A program made the position numbers and the translations under genes. A stretch of 64,000 nt of DNA. Origin: Myxococcota bacterium (GTDB taxonomy: Bacteria; Myxococcota_A; UBA796; CAJQPC01). The stretch's first letter is position 1. Each line of letters starts with the position of its first letter. Below the pieces are notes generated by a model that saw only the letters and a list, made by a program, of their open reading frames with translations, was not told where the DNA came from and made no database searches. This document shows positions 47,998 to 58,062 of the stretch, piece after piece. The stretch lies in contig DASCPX010000193.1 of assembly GCA_036012755.1 (NCBI GenBank), positions 32,001 to 96,000 on the forward strand. The letters are read 5' to 3'.

Positions 47998-48459
47998 TTA
48001 GAAGTACCAGCGGGCGCCTACGAAGGTGTTGTGGCCGTAGTAGGTGTTGGAGGAGAAGAGAGTCGGGGTGATGTAGGAGTTGTGGTGGATGAAGGCCTCT
48101 GCCGGGACGGTCTTGAAGCGCATCGTCGCGCCCACACCACCGCCTGCGCCAAGGAGCGCGCCCGACCAGCGCAGCCCTCCGATCACGCCGACGTTCCAGT
48201 ACATGTTCAGCCGCGCCCAGTCCCAGTCGCCGATCTGCCAGAAGAGCTGCTCGTAGGCGACGTGGCCGGAGAGGCCGTAGAGGAGGCCGCCGCCAGCGTA
48301 GAAGCCGACGCCAGCCTTCTTGTTCATCCAGTACTTGCCGTTGAGGTTGTGGGGGTAGCCCAAGCTCACGCCGAGCCCGAAGGGGTTGGAGGTGCCCGCG
48401 GGGGGGGGATCGCCAGCGAGGGCGGGAGTGGTGGCCAGTAAAACCAGGAGAGAGAGCAT
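47998..48459 (-). CDS. Small outer-membrane beta-barrel-like protein
   Basis: Signal ..PALA; FGLGVSLGYP..LNGKYW; terminal GARWYF. Confidence 0.75.
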   Translation of the reverse strand: MLSLLVLLATTPALAGDPPPAGTSNPFGLGVSLGYPHNLNGKYWMNKKAGVGFYAGGGLLYGLSGHVAYEQLFWQIGDWDWARLNMYWNVGVIGGLRWSGALLGAGGGVGATMRFKTVPAEAFIHHNSYITPTLFSSNTYYGHNTFVGARWYF

Positions 48460-48490
48460 CGCGACCTCACATTCGGATTGAGCGGCGAGT

Positions 48491-50332
48491 CTATTCCACG
48501 CCGAGCAACGCGCGGACCTGCTTCAGCCGGAAGGGCTTGTTCAATGTGGGATTCGGGATCTCGCCGAGGAAGCGGCGAGCGTCCTGGGTGAAGGCCCCTC
48601 CGGTGACGAAGACGACCCTGGTCTGGAGCTCCGGAGGCAGGCTCTCGAAGACCTCGATGCCGGTCACCTCGGGCATCATCAAGTCGCAAAAGATGCGGTC
48701 CCAGCCGTCATCGTCAGCAACGAGTTCCTGGGCCTCGCGACCGGAGTGACAGACGGTCACGTCGGCGTGAGCTGACAGGCCGGCTTCCAGGATCTCGCAG
48801 ATGTCGGGCTCGTCGTCGATGACCAGCACGCGCAGGCGCCCGACGGGGATGCGACGGGGCGCGGTGACTTCGTCCGGCAGGACCTGCTTGACGACCTCTG
48901 CGGGGCGCAGGCGCACGGTGAAGGTCGCGCCGACCGCGGTGTCCTCGAGCGCGATGCGACCGCCGAGTCCGGTCACGATGGTGTGGCAGATCCACAGCCC
49001 GAGCCCCGTGCCCTGTCCGCCCGTGACGAAAGGCTTCCACATGCGCTCCTTGAGCTCCTCTGGGACGCCGGGGCCGTTGTCCTGCACCTGGGTGACGATC
49101 CACTCGTCCTCGACGAAGGTGCGCACCGTGAGGCGGAACTCCGTTGCGTGGCCGACCTCCAGGGCACGCGACGCGTTCAGCAAGAGGTTCAGGAAGACCT
49201 GGAACAGCCGGCCCTCGTGGCCCTCCACCGGTGGAACGCCGCCGAACTCCCGCACGACCTCCGCCCGGTGCCGGAGCTCGTTCTCGGCCAGCGACAGCGC
49301 CTTCTCCAGCACCGCGTCGAGGTCCACGGCCTCGCGTCCGCTCGCGGGATCGCGCGCCAGGCCCATGAGGTCCCCGGTGACCCGGGCGATGCGCTCGGCG
49401 CCGCTGCGGACCTTCGAGAGGTGCAGGCGGAGCTGCTCGCCCTGGGCCTGTTCCTCAGCGAGCTCGACGTGGCGAAGCACGACCGTGAGCGGGTTGTTGA
49501 TCTCGTGGGTGACGCCGGCGGCGAGGGTACCGACGGCGGCCAGCCGATCGGAGTGGACCAGGCGGGCCTCCAGCTCGCGGGCCTTGTCCTGGGCGTCCAT
49601 CCACTGGGTGACGTCGTGGCTGATGCCGATGAGCCCCGCCAGCTTTCCGTCCGCGTCGTAGTAGGGGTACTTCGTCGTGAACAGCGTCTTGCCCTGCACC
49701 TCCGATCGCCGCGGCTGATAGGTCCAGGGCTTCTCGGTCGAGAGCACCTTCCGGTCGATGCCATCGATGTGCTCGGCCGCTTCCGCGTCGATGATCTCCC
49801 GATCGTGCCGGCCGATCACCTTCTCGATCGGAAGGCCCAAGAGCGCGGCGCCAGCGGGGTTGATGAAGACGTAGAGGCCGTTGAGGTCCTTGATGAAGAT
49901 GGCGTCACGGGCGCGCTCGACCACGCTCCGGAAGATGTGGCGCAGGTCTCGGAGCTGGGCCTCCGCCCGGCGCGCGGACCAAGGGCGGACCCGGGCCCAG
50001 ACCCACCCGCCGCGAGTGCGGGCCTCGATGACGACAGGGTCCCCCTCCAGATCGCGCACCCGGACGCGCATCCGGTTCAGCTCCTCCAGCCGCCTCAGGC
50101 CCTTGGCGATGATGCTCCGATCAGCGGCGTGGACCAGCTCGGCAATGCGCATCCCGCGCATGTCGGCCCGCCACGCAGCGGAGTGGGCGACGATCCGACC
50201 ATTACGCAAGAGGCAGGCCCGCTCTGGCGTGAGCGACAGGAGCGCCTCGAGGGCCTCTCTGGCGATGGCGTCCGAGCGGGAGATAGCCTGACTCCATGCT
50301 GTTGTTCCTTCTACCGCGCGCCGCGCTTCCAT
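48491..50332 (-). CDS. PAS-domain hybrid sensor histidine kinase/response regulator (start uncertain)
   Basis: DAIFIKD..G.Y..IN; GVTHEINNPL H-box; QVFLNLLLNA, DNGPG, GTGLGL; receiver VIDDE..DLMMP..KPF. Confidence 0.9.
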   Translation of the reverse strand: MEARRAVEGTTAWSQAISRSDAIAREALEALLSLTPERACLLRNGRIVAHSAAWRADMRGMRIAELVHAADRSIIAKGLRRLEELNRMRVRVRDLEGDPVVIEARTRGGWVWARVRPWSARRAEAQLRDLRHIFRSVVERARDAIFIKDLNGLYVFINPAGAALLGLPIEKVIGRHDREIIDAEAAEHIDGIDRKVLSTEKPWTYQPRRSEVQGKTLFTTKYPYYDADGKLAGLIGISHDVTQWMDAQDKARELEARLVHSDRLAAVGTLAAGVTHEINNPLTVVLRHVELAEEQAQGEQLRLHLSKVRSGAERIARVTGDLMGLARDPASGREAVDLDAVLEKALSLAENELRHRAEVVREFGGVPPVEGHEGRLFQVFLNLLLNASRALEVGHATEFRLTVRTFVEDEWIVTQVQDNGPGVPEELKERMWKPFVTGGQGTGLGLWICHTIVTGLGGRIALEDTAVGATFTVRLRPAEVVKQVLPDEVTAPRRIPVGRLRVLVIDDEPDICEILEAGLSAHADVTVCHSGREAQELVADDDGWDRIFCDLMMPEVTGIEVFESLPPELQTRVVFVTGGAFTQDARRFLGEIPNPTLNKPFRLKQVRALLGVE

Positions 50333-52380
50333 GTGGGCTCGTCTCGTCGCCGAGCGAGCCGGTCACCTTCGCAGCCGCCGCCGGAGTGGGCAGCGCGTCA
50401 CTCAGCAAGGACCACGTCACGGTCCACACCAAGGACACCGTGGACTACGTCTACACCGTCGGAGTCGGGGGGCTCGGTGTGGGCGACACCATTCGCATCG
50501 AGGACCCGCTCTTCCACGGAATGCGCTGGTCCAAGTGGGGCGCGCCCTATGACGATCCTGCGAAGTGCTCGGAGCTGACAGAGGACCAGACGGCGTCTGG
50601 CTCGCTGGTCACAGCCTCCACCGACGGCCCGGCCACCCTCGGCATGTCTCGAAACGTCGACGTCGAGGATCTCCACCAGTACGCCTACACAGAGGTCTGG
50701 ATCGACAGCGGTGAGCTGGCGGAGGGGGACCAGGTCCTGGTCCGCTACGGGGACGTCTCCGGCGGCGAGCACTGCGGCCACCAGTTCCCGGACCGAGCCT
50801 TCGACAACGTCCTGTGGCGCTCCTACGAGCAGCTGGGCTCCGCCACGGAGTTCTCTGCGGTCGAGCCCGCCCCCACCTTCGACGTCGAGGCCATCCCCAC
50901 CGCCTCGACGCTGCTGGTCGTCGCCCCTTCCTACGTGCAGATCGGCGAGGAGTTCACGCTCCGGGTGGCCCACCTCGACCGCCTCGGCAATCCCGTGCCC
51001 CAGGTCACGGACTTCGTGGTCGAAGCAGAGGGTCAGACTCACGCGATGACCACCGAAGACGGCGGTGTCACGACCTTCACCCTCAGCCTGGACGAAGCCG
51101 GGGTCCACCGCCTGGCGGTCGGCTCCGGACCGCTCAGCGGCATCTCGAACCCCATCGTCGTCAGCGAAGACCCGCCGACGAGGCGGCTCTACTGGGGCGA
51201 CCTCCACGTCCATCACGGCCACCACTACCCAGACGGAGCCGGCGGTCGTGTCAACCAGAACCACCAGTACGGCCGCGACGTCATCGGACTCGACGTGGTG
51301 AGCGAGTCCATGAAGCTCGCCCCCATCGAGATCGACGGCGACGCCCTGTGGGAGATCCTCGAAGAGGACTGCGTAGCCGAGACGCGCGACGACTACCTCG
51401 TCTTGTTGTCCTTCGAGTGGATGGGCAACCTCGTCGCCACGGGCCAGGGTCACCACAACCTCTACTTCGACTCCTGCGACATCCCCCTGCCCTCCCACAA
51501 CGACCTGGGCCCGCTGGCCGATGACGACGGCGTCTACGCCTGGCAGGTCGAGCAAGACAAAGCGGGCGTGCGGAGCGTCGCCGTCCCCCACGCCACCGTC
51601 TACACCGGCTTCAACTGGGACGACCGGGATGACACCCTCCGCAGCGTGGCCGAGGTCTACAGCGAGTGGGGCCACAGCCTCGACGTCGGGGGTCCGGGTT
51701 CGGTCGTCTCGGCCCTGTCCAAGGGCCTCCGCTTCGGCTTCATCGCCGCCAGCGACAACCACGACGGCTGGATGGGCAACCCCTTCTCGGAGAAGTCGAC
51801 GAGGAGCGGCCTGGCGGCCTTCTGGGCAGAGGACCTCGACCGGGACGCCATCTGGGAGTCGCTCCAGGGCAAGCACACCTACGGCACGACGGGCGAGCGC
51901 ATCATCGTGGAGTGGCGGCTCTCCGACGGCGGCGTCACCACCCTCGAGGGCGGCGAGGTGGTCGTCGCATCACCCGAGCTCGCCTGGAAGGTCTACGGCA
52001 CGGGCACTGTTCGTGAGATCACGATCTGGGGCATCGAGCTCGACGGGCAGGCCGTAGCGCTCCACCAGGAGCAGGTCAGCGGCCTGGACAGCGAGGGCAG
52101 CGTCGCCGTCGACGCCAAGGCGATGGCCCTCTGGCTCTCGGTGGAGCAAGCCGACGGAGAGTGGGCATGGAGCACCCCGATCTGGATCACCGACAGCTGC
52201 TCCGCCGGCTTCGACGACCCCGCCGGTCACTGCGGCCCCGACACCGGGACACCGGAGTCGAGCCCGGACTCGGGCGACTCGGGGATCGAGGGGCCGCGAA
52301 GTCGCTGTGAAGGCTGCGGGGTCCCTGGCGCAGGCCCCTGGTTGTTGGGCATGCTGCTGTTGATGAGACGGCGACGATGA
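50296..52380 (+). CDS. Exported DUF3604/PHP-like metallohydrolase with MYXO-CTERM-like tail
   Basis: SNPI, LYWGDLHVH, GHHN, EVYSEWG, GFIAASDNH, YGTTG.RI, AWSTPIW; tail CEGCG..WLLGMLLLMRRRR. Confidence 0.85.
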   Translation: MLLFLLPRAALPCGLVSSPSEPVTFAAAAGVGSASLSKDHVTVHTKDTVDYVYTVGVGGLGVGDTIRIEDPLFHGMRWSKWGAPYDDPAKCSELTEDQTASGSLVTASTDGPATLGMSRNVDVEDLHQYAYTEVWIDSGELAEGDQVLVRYGDVSGGEHCGHQFPDRAFDNVLWRSYEQLGSATEFSAVEPAPTFDVEAIPTASTLLVVAPSYVQIGEEFTLRVAHLDRLGNPVPQVTDFVVEAEGQTHAMTTEDGGVTTFTLSLDEAGVHRLAVGSGPLSGISNPIVVSEDPPTRRLYWGDLHVHHGHHYPDGAGGRVNQNHQYGRDVIGLDVVSESMKLAPIEIDGDALWEILEEDCVAETRDDYLVLLSFEWMGNLVATGQGHHNLYFDSCDIPLPSHNDLGPLADDDGVYAWQVEQDKAGVRSVAVPHATVYTGFNWDDRDDTLRSVAEVYSEWGHSLDVGGPGSVVSALSKGLRFGFIAASDNHDGWMGNPFSEKSTRSGLAAFWAEDLDRDAIWESLQGKHTYGTTGERIIVEWRLSDGGVTTLEGGEVVVASPELAWKVYGTGTVREITIWGIELDGQAVALHQEQVSGLDSEGSVAVDAKAMALWLSVEQADGEWAWSTPIWITDSCSAGFDDPAGHCGPDTGTPESSPDSGDSGIEGPRSRCEGCGVPGAGPWLLGMLLLMRRRR

Positions 52381-53363
52381 TCCTCCTGCTCGCGTGTGTG
52401 GCGACTGTTCCCTCCCTTCCGAGCGAACCGGTCGACAGCGAGCAGCGACTCGACAGCGAGCCCATCGACAGCGAGGACACCGGCTACACCCCGGACGAGT
52501 ACGACTGCGACGACCTCCCCGACTTCAACCTCGGCAGCGAGGTCCTCGACCATGCCCGCGGCTACCACGGGAACGCCTTCGACGACGAGGGCAACATCAT
52601 CGGGTGGGACCCCGAGCGGGACGCGCTGGTCAAGGCCAGCTACGACGGCGACAGCGACACCTGGCTCCCGGGTCTCACCTCTGTGGAGCAGATCACGCGG
52701 AACTCGGCGGGGGATCTGTACTTCGTCGACAGCTCGCGCGCGGCCGTCTTCCGCGTCACACCAGAGGGCGGCCAGGAGCGCCTCACCGGCGGCCTGTTGA
52801 GCGGCTACGGCATCACCTTCGGCCCCGACGGCATGCTCTATGTCTCCGACGGCAACGTGGTGCGCATCGACCCGGAGACCGGTGACAAGGAGACCATCGT
52901 GAAGATGCCCGATGGGGGCAACTCCTGGACGGCCCACGCCGTCGACTGGAACCTCGACAGCACCAGGCTGTACATCGCGACCGTGCCCTACGGGGACCTG
53001 TTGCAGGTCGAACTGGACGAGAACCTCGACCCCATCGGCGAGCCGGAGATGCTCCTGCGGCTCCCGGGTTACTGGCTCGACGCCGTCAGGGTGGACGCCT
53101 GCGACAACCTCTGGGTCGCCGAGTTCGCCGAGCTGAGTCTGTATCGCATAAACGATCGCGGCGAGTGGGACGAGATGGTCGACGGCGACCGCTCCCGCTA
53201 CTACGGCCACGGCATCGTCTGGGGCACAGGCCACGACGGCTGGCGCGCCGACGCGCTCTACCAACCGCTGCCCTACAACAGCTCGAAGGTCCAGGAGGTC
53301 ATCATCGGAGTCCCCGACGGGAACACCGTGAGGACCTGGAAGGGCGAGCCGGTCGAGTACTGA
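52377..53363 (+). CDS. SMP-30/gluconolactonase-like beta-propeller lipoprotein
   Basis: MILLLAC; AFDDEGN, GITFGPDGMLYVSD, DAVRVDACDNLWVA. Confidence 0.8.
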   Translation: MILLLACVATVPSLPSEPVDSEQRLDSEPIDSEDTGYTPDEYDCDDLPDFNLGSEVLDHARGYHGNAFDDEGNIIGWDPERDALVKASYDGDSDTWLPGLTSVEQITRNSAGDLYFVDSSRAAVFRVTPEGGQERLTGGLLSGYGITFGPDGMLYVSDGNVVRIDPETGDKETIVKMPDGGNSWTAHAVDWNLDSTRLYIATVPYGDLLQVELDENLDPIGEPEMLLRLPGYWLDAVRVDACDNLWVAEFAELSLYRINDRGEWDEMVDGDRSRYYGHGIVWGTGHDGWRADALYQPLPYNSSKVQEVIIGVPDGNTVRTWKGEPVEY

Positions 53364-53402
53364 TCGTCGACACCATCCTCGCCTCCGGTGGCTCCTTCGA
53401 CG

Positions 53403-55547
53403 CTAGGCCTTCAGCTGGTCACCGATCGGCATCTCCCGAATCCGTGTGCCGGTCGCCGTGAAGATCGCGTTGCACACCGCGCCCGCGATCGGCGGAACCC
53501 CGGGCTCGCCGATGCCGCCGGGCGCGTGATCGTTCTCCACGATGTGGACCTCGACGGCCGGCGACTTCGCCAGGCCCATGAGCTCGTACTCGTGGAAGTT
53601 CGTCTGTTTCACGGCGCCCTCGGCGATCTCCAGCTTCTCCGCGTTCAGCGCCGAGAGCCCCATGGACAGCCCCGAGAGGATCTGGGACCTGATCGTGTCC
53701 GGGTGGACGAACTGCCCACAGTCCACGGCCGCGGTGACCCGGTGGACGTGGACAGAGCCGTCGGTGACCGTGATGTCGGCGACCTCGGCCACGATGCTGC
53801 CAAATGACTTGAAGATCGCGGTCCCGCGGGTCATGCCCTCTGGGACCTCGCCGGCTTTTTCGAGCGCGAGCTCGTAGCAGATGCGGTGGCGCTCGTTGTC
53901 GAGCAGCGCGCGCCGATACTCGATTGGATCCTGGCCAGCCGCGTGCGCCAGCTCGTCGATGAAGCACTCGCGGAAGAAGCCGTTGGTCGACCCGTGCACG
54001 CTCCGCCACCAGCCGACGGGGATCGGCAGGGAGACCCTGGAGTAGTCGACCCGCGAGTTGGGCACGGCGTAGGGGTGGTGGTCCATGCCGCCGACGGCCG
54101 TCTCGGTCGCCGCGTTCAAGCTCAGCAGGAAGCCGGGCAGGAGATCCTCCAACAGGCTCTGGGCGACCAGCTCCACGTGCCAGTCTGTGGGGAGTCCGTC
54201 CGCGCCGAGCTTCGCCCGCTGCCTGCACAGGACCCGGGGTCGGTAGAAGCCGTGAGCGAAGCACTCCTCGCGGGTCCACATCAGCTTCACCGGGCCGCCG
54301 AACTCCTTGGCGACCTTGACCGCGTAGTCCGTGAAGTCCCAGAAGGACTTGCGCCCGAAGCCGCCGCCCAGGAAGGTCGTGTGCACATGGACCATCTCCT
54401 CGGGGAGACCGGTCAGCTTCGCCGCCTGGCGCTTGACGACCTGAGGCACCTGGGTCGGGGCCCAGACGTCCACGCGGTCGTCCTGTACCCACGCCGTGGC
54501 GTTGAGCGGCTCGATGGGGGCGTGCTCGAGGAAGGGCACCTCGTAGGTGGCTTCGATGTCGGTCTCGCCGATCTTGCCTCGACTCCACACGGTCTTTCCA
54601 TTGCCGAGCGCGTCGTTGAGCTTCCTGCCGATCTCGGCGTCGTCGAGCTCGCCCCACTTGCCCTTGTCCCACTCCACCTCGACCAGGGCCAGGGCCTTCT
54701 TGGCATGCCAGAAGGTGTCAGCGACCACCACGACCGCTTCCTCGATCTGGAAGATGTCTTCGACGCCGGTCACCTCGCGGGCCTTGGCGTCGTCGAAGGA
54801 GACGAGCTTCCCACCGAAGTGCGGACAGGCCTTCAGCGTGGCGACCAGCATGTCCTCCATGCCGACGTCGACACCGAAGACCGCGGACCCGTCGACCTTG
54901 GGCGGCAGGTCCAGCCGCGGCGGCGAGGTCCCCATCAAGGTGCGCTGGGACCTGGTCTTCAAGGTCACGCTGCTCGGCGGTGACAACAGCGCCGCGTCGG
55001 CAGCCAGCTCTCCGAAGCCTGCAGACTGCTCTCCGGCGCTGACGACTCCCTTCTCGACGCTGCACTCCGAGACCTCGACGCCGAAGCGGATCGCGGCGGC
55101 CTCGACCAGCATCGCCCGGGCCTTGGCCCCCACCTCGCGGAGCACGTCCCAGTGACCGCGGACCGACAGCGAGCCCCCGGTGCCCTGGCTCTCGCCCGGG
55201 TAGTCGATGTTCGGATGTCGGTAGGCCCTGTCCGCCGGAGCGCTCTCGGCGCGCACGAGCTCCCAGTCGGCGTCGAGCTCCTCGGCAAGGAGCATGGGCA
55301 GGGACGTGTACACACCCTGGCCCATCTCAGAGGCCCCCATGCGCAGGGTCGTCACGCCGTTGGGGGCGATGCGGATCCAGGCGTTGAGCTGGGCGATGTC
55401 CCCCTCTGCGAGGGCTTCGCCGAGTGAGATCGTCTTGTCGATCTCCGGCATGACGTGCCCGCAACCGGGAACCGTGAAGCCGAGGATCAGGCCCACGGAC
55501 GAACCGAGCATGGCGCGGCGGGTCAGGTTGATCATCGTCGCCATCAC
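53403..55547 (-). CDS. Xanthine dehydrogenase family molybdopterin-binding subunit (IorB-like), Tat signal
   Basis: [54 protein letters not shown]. Confidence 0.92.
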   Translation of the reverse strand: MMATMINLTRRAMLGSSVGLILGFTVPGCGHVMPEIDKTISLGEALAEGDIAQLNAWIRIAPNGVTTLRMGASEMGQGVYTSLPMLLAEELDADWELVRAESAPADRAYRHPNIDYPGESQGTGGSLSVRGHWDVLREVGAKARAMLVEAAAIRFGVEVSECSVEKGVVSAGEQSAGFGELAADAALLSPPSSVTLKTRSQRTLMGTSPPRLDLPPKVDGSAVFGVDVGMEDMLVATLKACPHFGGKLVSFDDAKAREVTGVEDIFQIEEAVVVVADTFWHAKKALALVEVEWDKGKWGELDDAEIGRKLNDALGNGKTVWSRGKIGETDIEATYEVPFLEHAPIEPLNATAWVQDDRVDVWAPTQVPQVVKRQAAKLTGLPEEMVHVHTTFLGGGFGRKSFWDFTDYAVKVAKEFGGPVKLMWTREECFAHGFYRPRVLCRQRAKLGADGLPTDWHVELVAQSLLEDLLPGFLLSLNAATETAVGGMDHHPYAVPNSRVDYSRVSLPIPVGWWRSVHGSTNGFFRECFIDELAHAAGQDPIEYRRALLDNERHRICYELALEKAGEVPEGMTRGTAIFKSFGSIVAEVADITVTDGSVHVHRVTAAVDCGQFVHPDTIRSQILSGLSMGLSALNAEKLEIAEGAVKQTNFHEYELMGLAKSPAVEVHIVENDHAPGGIGEPGVPPIAGAVCNAIFTATGTRIREMPIGDQLKA

Positions 55548-56047
55548 TCACCTCCGTCGGCCGGAGCGTCTTCCGGGCTGGTCTCTTCCACCGGCTCCGG
55601 GGGCGGCTCGGGCATCTTCGCCGAGGCGTTGTGGATCCCCTTGCGGATGCGGTCGTAGGTCGCGCAGCGGCAGAGGTTCGTCATCCTCTCGTCGATGTCG
55701 CCGTCAGTCGGCTGCCGGATCTCGTCGAGCAGGGCGGAAGCAGCCATGAGCTGGCCCGACTGGCAGTACCCGCACTGGGGCACCTGCTCCTCCAGCCATG
55801 CCTCCTGCACCGGGTGGTCGAGACCCTCGATGGTGGTGATCTCGGCGCCGCTGGCCACGACCACCGGCAGGATGCAGGTCCGCACGGGCTTGCCGTTGAG
55901 GAGCACCGTGCAGGCTCCGCACACGCCGACACCGCAGCCGAACTTCGTACCCGTCAGGCCGAGCTGCTCGCGTATCACCCACAGAAGCGGGGTGTCGTCT
56001 TCGACGTCGAGGGCCTTCGCCTGGCCATTGATGGTGAAGTGGATCAT
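55544..56047 (-). CDS. 2Fe-2S subunit (IorA/CoxS-like)
   Basis: [33 protein letters not shown]. Confidence 0.95.
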   Translation of the reverse strand: MIHFTINGQAKALDVEDDTPLLWVIREQLGLTGTKFGCGVGVCGACTVLLNGKPVRTCILPVVVASGAEITTIEGLDHPVQEAWLEEQVPQCGYCQSGQLMAASALLDEIRQPTDGDIDERMTNLCRCATYDRIRKGIHNASAKMPEPPPEPVEETSPEDAPADGGE

Positions 56048-56832
56048 CTCGCCTCCAACATGGCGGCTATAGCCGCTCCGATCTCGACAGCGTGGGACTT
56101 CTGGATGTTGTGGCCCCCGGTCGGCCAGCTCAAGCGCGGACCTTCGGGGAGGCGAGCGACCAGCTCTGCGCCGATGGCCGGCTCGACGTGGGGGTCGTCC
56201 TCTGCCCAGGCGAGCAGGGTCGGGACCGCGATGCTGCCCAGCGCTGCCTCGATGCCGTCGAAGTCGATGCCGGCTGCGCAGTCGAGTGTGTGCAAGAGCG
56301 CCGGCTCGTCCCAGACGGGCGGGAAGCCCGCGGCGCTGAAGCCCTTGACGACCATCGGGACGAGGACCGGGCGCATGAAGGTGCCCAGCAGCCATGCCCA
56401 GGGCTTGGGGTTCCACCGGCGCAGGGAGTGGTGGGGGCGCACCCCGATGCTGGCCAGGAGCACGAGCGCACGGACCCTCGGCCCAAGGGCAGCGGCCGCG
56501 CAGATGGCGATCCCACCTCCCATCGAGTGACCGACGAGGCCGAAGTCCTGCAGACCCAGGACGTCGCAGGCCTGCACGACGAGCTCGGCGCGTCCGGTCA
56601 CCGATGTCGCCGGCCCTGTCGACAGCGGCGTCCCACCCATTCCCGGAAGCTGGATTCGGATGACCCGGAAGCCGGGCAGCGCCGGTGCCAGCCACCGGTA
56701 GTCACGAGGCCCGCCGGGGTAGCCGTGCACGAGGAGCAGCGCCGGGCCATCACCCTCGTCGGTGTAGACCATCGGCCCATCGGGCAGCTGGAGCGTGCGC
56801 GGCTCGGGGTCGCTGGGGTGCTCCGGTGTCAC
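56044..56832 (-). CDS. Alpha/beta fold hydrolase
   Basis: LVHGYPG, LPGMG, GHSMGG, AEDD, GGHN; GTG 56832 inferred. Confidence 0.85.
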   Translation of the reverse strand: MTPEHPSDPEPRTLQLPDGPMVYTDEGDGPALLLVHGYPGGPRDYRWLAPALPGFRVIRIQLPGMGGTPLSTGPATSVTGRAELVVQACDVLGLQDFGLVGHSMGGGIAICAAAALGPRVRALVLLASIGVRPHHSLRRWNPKPWAWLLGTFMRPVLVPMVVKGFSAAGFPPVWDEPALLHTLDCAAGIDFDGIEAALGSIAVPTLLAWAEDDPHVEPAIGAELVARLPEGPRLSWPTGGHNIQKSHAVEIGAAIAAMLEAR

Positions 56833-56916
56833 CGCGCCTTCGTAGCCTGATTCTGCCGCTAATGTCCGCCGTCGACCATGCCGCTTCCCGAGTGAACCCC
56901 CTCCCGGACCTCGCGC

Positions 56917-58062
56917 ATGCTCATCAGCCTCATCTTCGCCTGCACCGCCCCCGAGTACGACCTCTCCGACGACGCCCTCGCCGAGCTCGACGAGAGCCAG
57001 GTCCACCCCTCCAGGGTGCTGGTGTTCGACGAAGACGGCAGCTGGGAGATGGTCGACGAAGACGACCCGATTGCAGCGGTCCAGGCCTACCGCAGTCGCG
57101 GCGTCTACGCGGAGCCGGACCTGCGGCGCAGCATCGGCAGCCTCAACGGCGGGAGCGACCCGCTCAGCGGCTTCCAGTGGCACCTCGAGCTCATCGGCGT
57201 CGACTCCGAGCGCGCCGAGTACACCGGCGTGGGCGCCACCGTCGCCGTCGTCGACACAGGCGTGTCCAGCGGCGGCAGCGACACTCCGTTCTTCCTGCTC
57301 GACGGCTGGGACTTCGTCGAGGACGGCCCGGTCGCGCTGGACTTCAACGGCCACGGCACCCACGTCGCCGGCACCATCGCCCAGGCCTCCAACAACAGCA
57401 TCGGCGTCGCCGGCGTCGCTCCCGACGCCACGATCCTCCCGGTCCGCGTGCTGGACGCCGACGGGAGCGGATGGGCCTCTGACGTCGCCAGCGGCATCGC
57501 CTATGCCGTCGACGAGGGCGCCGATGTCATCAACCTCTCGCTGGGCAGCTCCAGCCCGTCGAGGGCCGAGCGCCGGGCCATTCGCTACGCCCTCGAAGCA
57601 GGAGTGCTCGTCGTGGCCGCCTCTGGCAACGACTCCGGTCCCACCAGCTACCCGGCCCGCTACTCAGAGGTCGTCGCGGTCTCCGCGGTGGGCGGGGACG
57701 GGCGCGTCACCAGCTACAGCAACACAGGCGCAATCGAGCTCGCCGCTCCTGGTGGAGACGTCAGCAGCGACTACAACGGCGACGGCTTCGGCGACGGGGT
57801 CCTCCAGGAGACCTTCGTCGACGACGAGTGGGGCTACTGGTTCTTCCAGGGCACAAGCATGGCCGCTCCGCACGTCTCGGGCGTCGCCGCGCTGCTCGTG
57901 GCCGAGGGGGCCACCGCAGACGAGGCCCGCCACATCCTCCGGGACACAGCCGATGATCTCGGCCGCCCGGGCAGGGACGGCCGGTCTGGCTATGGCCTCA
58001 TCGACGCCGAAGCTGCGCTCACCGCCTACGCCGGGCCCCCGGAAGATCAGGACCCGATCTAG
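56917..58062 (+). CDS. S8 subtilisin-like serine protease, lipoprotein
   Basis: VAVVDTG, HGTHVAGTIA, AASGN, GTSMAAPHVSG; MLISLIFAC. Confidence 0.95.
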   Translation: MLISLIFACTAPEYDLSDDALAELDESQVHPSRVLVFDEDGSWEMVDEDDPIAAVQAYRSRGVYAEPDLRRSIGSLNGGSDPLSGFQWHLELIGVDSERAEYTGVGATVAVVDTGVSSGGSDTPFFLLDGWDFVEDGPVALDFNGHGTHVAGTIAQASNNSIGVAGVAPDATILPVRVLDADGSGWASDVASGIAYAVDEGADVINLSLGSSSPSRAERRAIRYALEAGVLVVAASGNDSGPTSYPARYSEVVAVSAVGGDGRVTSYSNTGAIELAAPGGDVSSDYNGDGFGDGVLQETFVDDEWGYWFFQGTSMAAPHVSGVAALLVAEGATADEARHILRDTADDLGRPGRDGRSGYGLIDAEAALTAYAGPPEDQDPI

